The notes under the pieces were generated by a model. That model saw only the letters and a program-made list of their open reading frames with translations, was not told the DNA's origin and did no database searches. Below are positions 29,991 to 38,412 of a DNA stretch of 64,000 nucleotides, piece by piece. How positions within the stretch are numbered: the stretch's first letter is position 1; each line of letters starts with the position of its first letter. Both the position numbers and the translations under genes were made by a program. The stretch comes from an uncultured Verrucomicrobiota bacterium. GTDB taxonomy: Bacteria > Verrucomicrobiota > Verrucomicrobiia > CAIQCK01. Where the stretch lies: assembly GCA_964524715.1 (NCBI GenBank), contig CAZGGF010000002.1:11630-75629 (forward strand). The letters run 5' to 3'.

Positions 29991-30045
29991 GATGAATCGG
30001 GAGATGGGACTCCTATGTCAGATTCCAGTTGTTGCAGACGCCCCT

Positions 30046-30123
30046 GCTGTCGATCTGGTTGACGTGAGCAAAAACTGAGGTTCGGACGGATTGAGGCGTC
30101 TTTGGCGTCCGCCAGGTTGAAAC
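30046..30123 (+). repeat. ~70-nt structured repeat, copy B (leader of the ATPase cassette)
   Basis: TGTCGATCTGGTTGACGTGAGCAAAAACTGAGGTTCGGACGGATTGAGGCGTCTTTGGCGTCCGCCAGGTTGAAAC. Confidence 0.55.
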
Positions 30124-30281
30124 AGGAGAGACCGACGGTTTCACTTCATTGCAGTTCGGACGAGTATTCCGCCAGCTTGAAGCGCGCCGTAAGAAAATCC
30201 TTGCTGGCGTTTTCCCTCGGAGCGACACTCGGCGCACAACACAGAGCAGACGATGATGGCGGCAACGTGAATGCAAAGCAA

Positions 30282-30476
30282 ATGATCCCGACGCCCCAGA
30301 TTGCGAAAGCGCCAGATGTTCCGGCACAAGTTTTCGAGCAATTTCTTGCAGAGCTTGCGGGTGCTGGCGTCCCAGAAGAAGTGGTAATGCGATTGCGCAA
30401 GACTCTCGTGGAAGATCGGGCGTTCGGCGAGATGGCCCTGAAAAAGGCCGTTCTCGGAGAGGAAGCGGCTTCGTGA
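30282..30476 (+). CDS. Small protein translationally coupled to the SMC-like ATPase
   Basis: MIPTPQIAKAPDVPAQVFEQFLAELAGAGVPEEVVMRLRKTLVEDRAFGEMALKKAVLGEEAAS. Its stop TGA overlaps the GTG start of the next gene (GTGA). The open frame extends upstream to a TTG at 30102 inside the repeat, so the start is uncertain. Confidence 0.35.
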   Translation: MIPTPQIAKAPDVPAQVFEQFLAELAGAGVPEEVVMRLRKTLVEDRAFGEMALKKAVLGEEAAS

Positions 30477-32926
30477 TTCGGGTTGATTCCATCACGATCA
30501 AGGAGTTCCGTGGCATCCGTGAACTCACGCTTGATTTCAGAGGTAAGAATTATGCTATCTGTGGCCCCAACGGCACCGGCAAGAGCGGCGTCGTTGATGC
30601 GCTGGAATTTGTTCTAACGGGTAATGTTTCACGCCTCTCAGGCGAGGGAAAAGGCGAGATTTCCCTAAAGCAGCATGGTCCACACGTGGATTTAAGAAAC
30701 AACCCCGATAAAGCGCGAGTACTGGTGACACTCACCATAACCAACCTTGGCAAGAGCGTTACGATAGAGCGAAGCGTGAAGAATCCTGGAAGGCCGCTGG
30801 TTACACCGAACGAACCGGCTGTTCTCGAAGTGCTCCGACAGGTTAGTGAACATCCTGAAATCGTTCTCTCGCGACGCGAACTCATTCGGTATGTGCTGGC
30901 TACGCCAGGCGACCGAGCTCATGAAGTTCAAGCTCTGCTTCATCTGGACCGCATTGAGCAAGTGCGGCAGGGCTTGCAGAAAATCGCCAACAGCGCAGAA
31001 AAGCAATTGCCGTTGCTTGCAAGCACGGTCGAGACAGCCGCAGAAAACCTTTTGCGTGTGTTAGCGATTGCGGAAATGTCTGTCGGAAAAGTGTTGGAGG
31101 CAGCCAATGCCCAGCGCGCGGTCCTTGGTCTTCCGGCACTGACAGAACTCACTGCTGCCGCGTCTCTCAAGGATGGTATGGTGGCGCCGCCACCTGCGAA
31201 GCCTCAACCTGTTCCGAAAGCTCAAGCTCTGGCTGACATTAAGGCAACCCGTGATGCACTCGACAAAACTGGTGGAATCACGATTGCCACTCTGACTTCG
31301 GAGCTAGCCGCCGAAGTTGCTGCACTCGCTGCAGATCCGGCAAGCGCCGCAGCTATCACGACAGAGAGTTTTTACACGACCGGCATCGCCCTTCTCAACG
31401 CAGAAGCATGCCCATTTTGCGATACTGCTTGGGACTTGAATACGCTTCGCGCTCACGTGCAGACGAAGATTGATCGACTCGAAGGGTTTTCACGCAAACG
31501 CAATGCCATTGAAACGAAGATTGTGCCACTGACCGCAGCTCTGGGTAGGGCGCAGGCCGCCATTGAAACCCTGATTCGTTATGGGACGCTTGCGAATCCA
31601 CCCGTGGTGATGCAAGTAGCAAAAGATTACGCCAAAAGCTGCCGCCTTAAAAACGGACAGCTCACCGCACTGCTGCCTTTGGCCGATACAGTCAAGACGC
31701 TGAACAATCTGCCGGTGGTGCCACAGGGAGTGTGCGACGCGATTGCCGATCTGGAAAAAGTGGTGCTCGCTTTGCCCGAACCGAGCAAACAGGATGGTGC
31801 CCGGGAGTTTCTCGCGGTTGCGCAAGAACGCCTTGAAGTATGGCGTGATGCCAAGAGGAAGCAGAAGACGGCTATCGAGCAGGCCCAGCGATGCCGGCAG
31901 GTATCCGACATCTATGCCGCCACCAGTGACAAGCTACTCGTCGGGCTATATGCGGAGGTTGAAAAGCATTTCGCCGCTCTTTACAGCTCCATCAATCGGA
32001 CCGACGAAAACGCGTTCAGGGCCAAACTCGTTCCTTCAATCGGCAAGCTCGGCTTCGATGTGGATTTCTACGGTCGTGGCTTTTTCCCGCCGGGTGCCTA
32101 CCACAGCGAAGGTCATCAGGACGGCATGGGACTTTGTTTGTATCTTGCGCTCATGCGCCATCTGCAAGGTGATGATTTCACTTTTGCCGTGCTCGATGAC
32201 GTGCTGATGTCAGTTGATATCGGACACCGGCGCGAAGTCTGCGCCTTGCTCAAGAAGGAATTTCCGAAAACGCAGTTCATTGTCACGACACACGATCCGG
32301 TTTGGCTGCGCCACATGAAGACCGTGGGCTTGATTGGCGCGAAGAATGGCGTGCAGTTCAGGACTTGGAGCGTGGATGCTGGACCTGCCCAATGGCTTGA
32401 TCGTGACGTATGGACGGAGGTTGATGAGCATCTGCAGAAGAACGACGTGCGTGCTGCCGCCGGCCTTCTGCGGAACTATCTAGAATACGTCGCCACAGAG
32501 CTGTGTCATCGCCTGCGTGCTCCGGTTGAGTTTCGTTCCGACGGTCAATATCAGCTCGGGGACCTGCTACCCGCAGTCGTCGCGCACCTACGCAGACTCT
32601 ACAAGAGTGCAAAGGAAATCGCCAATTCATGGAATCAGAGGGAGATCGTGTCCGCCCTTGCCGCTCGTGAAACCGACTTTGGCAGGTTCGCACAGACATC
32701 GCAGGTCGAGCAGTGGCAGGTGAATACCGCGATCCATTTCAACGCATGGGATAATTTGACCAAGGAGGATTTTGCTCCCGTGGTGACGGCCTATCGCGAA
32801 CTTCTCGCCGGATTTACTTGCCCAGACTGTCACGAAATCCTTCACGTGTCCCCTGATCGCGGCGCTTCCGAATCACTACGCTGTGAATGCGGCAAGACCA
32901 ATATCAATCTGCGCAAGAAAACCTAA
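30473..32926 (+). CDS. Rad50/SbcC-like ABC ATPase with CxxC zinc hook and C-terminal zinc-ribbon domain
   Basis: Walker A is ICGPNGTGKSGVVDALEF. A long coiled-coil region has EACPFCDTAWDL at about residue 330. The ABC signature is YHSEGHQDGMGLCLYLAL, Walker B is FAVLDDVLMSVD and the H-loop is TTHDPVWL. The extra C-terminal domain of about 220 aa ends CPDCHEILHV…CECGKT. Confidence 0.75.
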   Translation: MIRVDSITIKEFRGIRELTLDFRGKNYAICGPNGTGKSGVVDALEFVLTGNVSRLSGEGKGEISLKQHGPHVDLRNNPDKARVLVTLTITNLGKSVTIERSVKNPGRPLVTPNEPAVLEVLRQVSEHPEIVLSRRELIRYVLATPGDRAHEVQALLHLDRIEQVRQGLQKIANSAEKQLPLLASTVETAAENLLRVLAIAEMSVGKVLEAANAQRAVLGLPALTELTAAASLKDGMVAPPPAKPQPVPKAQALADIKATRDALDKTGGITIATLTSELAAEVAALAADPASAAAITTESFYTTGIALLNAEACPFCDTAWDLNTLRAHVQTKIDRLEGFSRKRNAIETKIVPLTAALGRAQAAIETLIRYGTLANPPVVMQVAKDYAKSCRLKNGQLTALLPLADTVKTLNNLPVVPQGVCDAIADLEKVVLALPEPSKQDGAREFLAVAQERLEVWRDAKRKQKTAIEQAQRCRQVSDIYAATSDKLLVGLYAEVEKHFAALYSSINRTDENAFRAKLVPSIGKLGFDVDFYGRGFFPPGAYHSEGHQDGMGLCLYLALMRHLQGDDFTFAVLDDVLMSVDIGHRREVCALLKKEFPKTQFIVTTHDPVWLRHMKTVGLIGAKNGVQFRTWSVDAGPAQWLDRDVWTEVDEHLQKNDVRAAAGLLRNYLEYVATELCHRLRAPVEFRSDGQYQLGDLLPAVVAHLRRLYKSAKEIANSWNQREIVSALAARETDFGRFAQTSQVEQWQVNTAIHFNAWDNLTKEDFAPVVTAYRELLAGFTCPDCHEILHVSPDRGASESLRCECGKTNINLRKKT

Positions 32927-33269
32927 TTTGTGGCGCAGCATCTTCATTCCGGTTTGCCGTGCCTCAACCGTAATCTGCGCTCGTTCGCAAAACACTCGAA
33001 GATGAGCCAGAAGATGGATGCGGTAACGAACGACAACGTGAAAGTGTGCCGGCTGCGTGTTCCATTCTTCCCTTCACTCGCATAGCGTATCCTTGATTTC
33101 CCGCATATCCGCTCCTCGAGTTGCGGCCGATCATAAGCTTTAGGGGTGTGGATGCCAGAGCAACACCAAGACCCTACAGCGGCAGGAACGTCTTCAACGC
33201 ATGGTCATTTGGCGTTATACGTTGCAAATCTTTGCGCCTTACGCTTTGGAACATTTAGGAGCGACACAC

Positions 33270-33959
33270 ATGAAACTGGATGCGGACTTGCTGAAAATGG
33301 TCGGTCTTGTGTTGTTGTCTGCCGCTTGTTCGGGTTGCATGACGACCAAGGCAGTGACGGACATCGGGAAACGCACAGAGATGTTGGATAGGGTTCCGGA
33401 CGCAGGTTCGGTAATCGTGGCAGAGGATGGCTCCATCGCCCTGAAGGTGAGGTCGAGAGTCATTGCGGACCGTAGCTTGGTATGTGAATGCGACAAGTAT
33501 CTGGTCACCTCACGGTCTGCTATTGAAAGCTGCATCAGCAACACGGCGGTGGGGCGGGATATTCGTTCTCCCCGACAACGGATGTTTCCGGGGGTGGCAA
33601 GTCAACCCTCCGTGCGGATCTGGGCCAACTGCGGAGACACAATGTGGGACGTGGTTCCGAACGGCATCAGCAACGAGAACATGACACTGGAGAAGCTGCC
33701 TTCGAGTTTCAGGAAGAACACTACCTCATTTAGACAAGGACAACCGATCCCCTATGTCATGAAGGACAAGAACATTAACTTGCAGGTTTATCCCACAGCC
33801 GTAATGCAGCGTGAACATCGAGTGTGGTGGGGGTACCCAGCGCAGGTGTTGGTGCCCCCGGCGTTCATGCTCGATCTGCTGTGTTGCCCGTTATGTTTGG
33901 CCACTGTGGGAGAAAACAACGAGTTCATACACTACGAACCTCCTTGGAAGGCGTTTTGA
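33270..33959 (+). CDS. Lipoprotein of unknown function
   Basis: AGGAGC RBS. Lipoprotein signal MKLDADLLKMVGLVLLSAAC. Cys-rich C-terminus. Confidence 0.5.
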   Translation: MKLDADLLKMVGLVLLSAACSGCMTTKAVTDIGKRTEMLDRVPDAGSVIVAEDGSIALKVRSRVIADRSLVCECDKYLVTSRSAIESCISNTAVGRDIRSPRQRMFPGVASQPSVRIWANCGDTMWDVVPNGISNENMTLEKLPSSFRKNTTSFRQGQPIPYVMKDKNINLQVYPTAVMQREHRVWWGYPAQVLVPPAFMLDLLCCPLCLATVGENNEFIHYEPPWKAF

Positions 33960-34048
33960 AAACGTTCCCTCAATTGAGCCTCGACATCTTGCTGAAACAA
34001 TAGTAACTACCCTCCGCAACCGAGTGCAGCGAAGAATAAGCAATCGTC

Positions 34049-34396
34049 ATGAACCTGACAACCCTGACATCCAAAGATTTCGCCAAGATCTCAAAGCTCC
34101 TCAGGAAGAAGAAAACTCTGCTTGAGCGTGTCGCCAAGGTGGACGCGAAGCTTTCAGCGTTTGAAGGTGGCAAGCCTGCGGTTGTTGTGGTTAAGAAGCG
34201 CGGGATGAGCGCAGCTGGACGTGCTCGTATTGCCGCTGCCCAAAAGAAGCGCTGGGCCAAAATCAACAAGGGCAAGAAGACCGCGAAGCCGGTTGCCAGG
34301 AAGAAGCACAAGATGTCCGCCGCTGGTCGTGCTGCCATTGCGGCTGCTACCAGGGCTCGATGGGCAAAGGTCAGGGCGGAGAAGACTGAAAAATAG
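34049..34396 (+). CDS. Small basic tandem-repeat protein (H-NS-like nucleoid-associated candidate)
   Basis: 115 aa. N-terminal helical region. SAAGRARIAAAQKKRWAK and SAAGRAAIAAATRARWAK are tandem basic repeats separated by a K-rich linker. Confidence 0.5.
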   Translation: MNLTTLTSKDFAKISKLLRKKKTLLERVAKVDAKLSAFEGGKPAVVVVKKRGMSAAGRARIAAAQKKRWAKINKGKKTAKPVARKKHKMSAAGRAAIAAATRARWAKVRAEKTEK

Positions 34397-34651
34397 GTCT
34401 TCCACGGCAGTATTTCAACAAATGCTGTTTTTGGGTGTCAGCCCGGCATCGAGCACAGCTACTTTGCCTTCACCTGCACCGTTCCATTTGATGCTGGACC
34501 GGCTGGTGGGACTTGAATCGTCAATGGGGCTGGTTTGGCGTTGGCGACCGGTCCCTTCACGCTTGCCACGGCCTTCTTCATCGCCTCGGAGTATTTCTTC
34601 TGCGCTTCCATGAACGCACAATGCGCTGCTTCCGTGCGCGAAGCGTCCGGC

Positions 34652-35575
34652 TCAGAAGTTTACATGGCAGCTGATCTGGGCGTAGGGCGCAGGGTCGTTG
34701 CTGCGAATCACCGTGTGTGGATCGTCGAACTCGAACTCCCTGTGAATCATGCACCCTGCCTCCGCTTCGAGGGTCACGTTGGGCAGCAGCTTCCATGACA
34801 CACCCGGTCCGATGCGTATTTCGAAGAAGTCGACCGTCGTGTCGTTGAAGCGGGGATCCAAACCATGCGTGTCGCCAAAATTCTGTGCCAGCCGATACGT
34901 GCCCCCGAGAATCCTTCCGCCGAAGAAGATCTGACATTGCTTGTTGAGTTCGTATTCCAGCCGTGGCTCGGGGAACATCATGTTCAGCGTCCACTCATCG
35001 GCGAACTTCCAGCGGGCGCCCGCTGCCGGCACGACCCAATAACGGCTCCGTGGGTCTATCCGCAGGCCAAGGAACCACTGGAGATTGGAGTCCACCAGGT
35101 AGGACGCGCCCAGGATCACCGGCACGTTCAGGTCGTGAAAATTAAGATCGCTGAAATCACTGTAGATGCCCGGCTGCACTTCCAAGCGCAACAGCCATTG
35201 GTCGCTGAGCTGGCAGTCGATCCCAATGATGCCGCTGATCTGTTGGAGCGTGTTGGGCAACGGCGCGTTGCCGGTCAGGCCAAACGAATAGCGGTCCCAC
35301 TCGAGACCGGCTCGCAAGAACAGGTTCTTGGTGAGTTCGGGCGAGACAACGTATTTCAGGCTGGCGTTCTGTTCGCTGACATATCCCACGTCCGTGCCAC
35401 CCGTGTGCGCCTTGGCTCCCGCCACAAAACCGTAGTTGACCTCCAACTCCGATCCCATGCCCGTCGTTTCAGCCGCCTTCACCTCTTTCTGTTCCAAGGA
35501 AATATCAGCGCCGTGCGCGAACGGCAGCGCGATACACACGGCCACTAACCATGCAATGCTGAACAGCTTCTTCAT
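34652..35575 (-). CDS. Outer-membrane beta-barrel protein
   Basis: Signal peptide MKKLFSIAWLVAVCIALPFAHG. Alternating hydrophobic pattern. C-terminal …QISCHVNF ends in an aromatic residue. Confidence 0.55.
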   Translation of the reverse strand: MKKLFSIAWLVAVCIALPFAHGADISLEQKEVKAAETTGMGSELEVNYGFVAGAKAHTGGTDVGYVSEQNASLKYVVSPELTKNLFLRAGLEWDRYSFGLTGNAPLPNTLQQISGIIGIDCQLSDQWLLRLEVQPGIYSDFSDLNFHDLNVPVILGASYLVDSNLQWFLGLRIDPRSRYWVVPAAGARWKFADEWTLNMMFPEPRLEYELNKQCQIFFGGRILGGTYRLAQNFGDTHGLDPRFNDTTVDFFEIRIGPGVSWKLLPNVTLEAEAGCMIHREFEFDDPHTVIRSNDPAPYAQISCHVNF

Positions 35576-35604
35576 GAACAATTCCCTGACATTGGATTCC
35601 GAGA

Positions 35605-36636
35605 TCATCGCGCACCCTTTAGATCATCCTGGAACGCACGAATCCCCTTTTTAATCTCCAGCAACATGACGGCCCCATAGGCAATCCGTTCCATGCCCTT
35701 GGTATAGGCCAGTCCGCCCGCGGAAAACAGATCACCCCGCCACACCAATGAGCCGGTCTTGTCCCCCACTTTGATCGGCCAGACTTCGTAGAACGTTGCC
35801 GAAGCGTAATAGCTCCCGCTGACGTAATACTCCAAATCCAGAAGCTGATAATGATCATCCACCGGCAACGAATACGTCGCTCCAAGACACAGCGTGCCGT
35901 AGCCCTCTGATGAGAACAGGTTCCAATAGTAGGACGGCTTCAGAGTCGCAGCACCTCCGGCCAGTCCGACCTTCTGAATGAGCGGATCAAATTCGCGGGC
36001 AATCCGGCTTTTCTCTTTCACCATCAACCGAATCTGCTCCGTTGGAGAAACCTTGTCACCTGAGACCTCGTAAGGAGTTATGCCGTCGAAACCTTTCGAC
36101 TGGAACGCCGACACGCGCGCCAGCAGGAGCTTTGTCCAGCACGCAGCCACCTCCTGCGGCGTGGAGTTCTTCTTCAGGCTCAATGCGATCTGCTGGCTCT
36201 CAGCACGGCTCAGGTTCAAATCGGAATCCCCCACCGTGGTGGTCAGCGTCTTGTTCAGCAGCCACCGCACCGCGCGTTTGTCCAGTTCGAAATCCAAGTC
36301 CTTGAAATCAGCAACATCCGGCGGCGCACCCGTGGGATGGAACCGGTAAACGCCTAGCGACTCGTGGGACACAGGATTCCATTCCTGCAATCGCTTGGCA
36401 GTCTCCGCTGGCGACGCGGGCGTCGCAAAACAAGACTGCGTCGAGATACCCGTGCGCAGGTTCATCAGCGCTCCGCGCTCGGAAGCGATCTCACCGTTCA
36501 ACAAACGCTTGAGATCCACCTCATGAAAGTCGCTGAAGCTTTTCAAGTACGCCACCGGATCCGCTGTTTGTGCAACTCCGTCCTGACCCAATGCTCCACA
36601 CAACGCCAGAATTACATGAAACCCCAATTTGCGCAT
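35605..36636 (-). CDS. Secreted hypothetical protein, in an operon with the OMP and TetR genes
   Basis: Signal peptide MRKLGFHVILALCGALG. 4-bp overlap with the downstream OMP gene. Confidence 0.45.
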   Translation of the reverse strand: MRKLGFHVILALCGALGQDGVAQTADPVAYLKSFSDFHEVDLKRLLNGEIASERGALMNLRTGISTQSCFATPASPAETAKRLQEWNPVSHESLGVYRFHPTGAPPDVADFKDLDFELDKRAVRWLLNKTLTTTVGDSDLNLSRAESQQIALSLKKNSTPQEVAACWTKLLLARVSAFQSKGFDGITPYEVSGDKVSPTEQIRLMVKEKSRIAREFDPLIQKVGLAGGAATLKPSYYWNLFSSEGYGTLCLGATYSLPVDDHYQLLDLEYYVSGSYYASATFYEVWPIKVGDKTGSLVWRGDLFSAGGLAYTKGMERIAYGAVMLLEIKKGIRAFQDDLKGAR

Positions 36637-36660
36637 GATCTATTATTCCTGTTTCATCTC

Positions 36661-37293
36661 TTACTTCGATGATCCAAGCGCGACGTTTTTAATATGATTA
36701 ACCACGTTATTAGGACTCAATACCGTCATCTTAAGCTCAGGGAAGATTTGTCTGAGTGAGTCTTGAGCCACACAATAGAACACACACTGACTGAGTACGC
36801 TCAGCGCGTGCAGACGCACCTCGTCCATATCAACATCGGGACTGAGCATCTTTCTGATGGCCGATTGAAGGAGTGCCAAGTACCCGCACAATCCCGCACC
36901 CAATGCACGTGTTGTTGCCTCGCTGGGTTCCACCACTTCTCTGATCGCGAGTTTAGCAATCCATTTGGCATCACTGCCATTTAGTCTTTGGAACAGGGAT
37001 TCTATGATCACATGCAGCTCTTGCTTTGGCGTCATGTATGAAGTCGATGAGGCAAGACGCGAAGCGGGTGGGTTCAGGAGTTGTTGATATGCTTCCTGCG
37101 TTACTGCCTCGAACAGCCTCTCCTTGTCTACATAGTGGTAATAAACGGTTGCGGTATTAACTCCAGCGCGTCGACACACCTCGCGAATATGGGTGCCGCG
37201 GAACCCGTATTCGGAAAATAGCCGGCACGCCTCTTCCAATATGCGCTGCTTGCAGTCGCATCCCTTATTGAGGACTCTTGTTTTCAGTTTCAT
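36661..37293 (-). CDS. TetR/AcrR-family transcriptional regulator
   Basis: …RILEEACRLFSEYGFRGTHIREVCRRAGVNTATVYYHY… is a TetR HTH. Confidence 0.8.
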   Translation of the reverse strand: MKLKTRVLNKGCDCKQRILEEACRLFSEYGFRGTHIREVCRRAGVNTATVYYHYVDKERLFEAVTQEAYQQLLNPPASRLASSTSYMTPKQELHVIIESLFQRLNGSDAKWIAKLAIREVVEPSEATTRALGAGLCGYLALLQSAIRKMLSPDVDMDEVRLHALSVLSQCVFYCVAQDSLRQIFPELKMTVLSPNNVVNHIKNVALGSSK

Positions 37294-37854
37294 CTACATT
37301 CTCCGCTTACCGTGTTGAATGTGCACCAGAACTATTCCTGTGTTCGAGCAGCGCGCAACGCAGCCGATGCGAGTGGGAGACTGGCGGGATGGACGCCAGG
37401 TGAGAACGCATGGCTGCGTGCGCGCAGAGTGTGAAGTTGCTATGTCCTGTATGGAGGCAGTAACCTCAATCTTGGGGCGAGGATCTTCGTGTTGCGAGTT
37501 GTTACTCTTACTTGATGTGTTCATTGCAAGTTCTCTTTCAAAATCAGTATTGCAGAATCAGCAATGCATTTACTGCCGCCGGCATCACTCGCTGCGTCAA
37601 GTGTCATCCCATACAATAGTTGAATATCATGTTGGAACTGCTGTTCGTTCACCCAAGCCATGACGCTCTACACATCAGCGGAACAGGTCAGAAACGAGTG
37701 ATTGTGTTAGGGCACGTTCTCGACAAATATGTCATGTCGCGTGTTGTAGGGCCGGCGTGATGTTGGCATCTGGCATCTCATCACGCAGGCAAGGAACACG
37801 TATTGTCGCTGTTCTCTAATTGCTTCTGCGAAACACGACATAGGAACAGTGTGT

Positions 37855-38139
37855 TTAGTGAGCCTTCTCGCCCTCAACTGGTTGCATCGTCACCGCAATG
37901 GTCCCTAGGGCACGAATGGCTGGGAGTATTGTGGAACGAAGACGGTAGTATTCATGTCTTGCTTGGTGATCGTGCGGGGGTGGATTAGGCACATCGAAGT
38001 AAGTGAGTGCACAGGCTGCCCCACACAAATAGACCCTTCGATTCGAGTCATGGATGCGAACAAACCAACTGTCGCCGCAATCCTTTCCGCAGACATAACA
38101 TGGCGTGTCATTCTCTGTAGTTGTTTTGGGATTTATCAT
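37855..38139 (-). CDS. Small YHS/TRASH-like metal-binding protein
   Basis: CYVCGKDCGDSWFVRIHDSNRRVYLCGAACALTYF matches the YHS-domain pattern C-x-V-C-G…Y-x-C-x-x-x-C…F. The start is uncertain; the open frame continues upstream in another frame across the DUF2934 gene. Confidence 0.35.
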   Translation of the reverse strand: MINPKTTTENDTPCYVCGKDCGDSWFVRIHDSNRRVYLCGAACALTYFDVPNPPPHDHQARHEYYRLRSTILPAIRALGTIAVTMQPVEGEKAH

Positions 38140-38410
38140 GACGGTTGTGCCTATTGTCACCGGCAAACATTGAAGCGCGTTCTTGTGTAAGTTCACGTTC
38201 GGCCTGAAGCCAATCGTCCAGTTCCTGTCCCGGGGTGCCGCCGCGCGCCAGAAAGATTTCATGGGCGCGCTTGGCGACTTCAGCGCGGCTGGGTCGCGTT
38301 TCGGACTCCGGAACAGCACGTGCCATGGTAATTTGCTTGGTTCGGTGCTTTTTCATGGTTTCTTTTCCTTTCATTGTTTCTTTTCCGACTCCAGCATCCG
38401 CCTTGTCCAA
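38108..38410 (-). CDS. DUF2934-family protein
   Basis: …RAHEIFLARGGTPGQELDDWLQAERELTQ… is the DUF2934 signature. Basic N-terminus. The start is possibly internal (MARAV…). Confidence 0.55.
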   Translation of the reverse strand: MDKADAGVGKETMKGKETMKKHRTKQITMARAVPESETRPSRAEVAKRAHEIFLARGGTPGQELDDWLQAERELTQERASMFAGDNRHNRHDKSQNNYRE

Positions 38411-38412
38411 CC

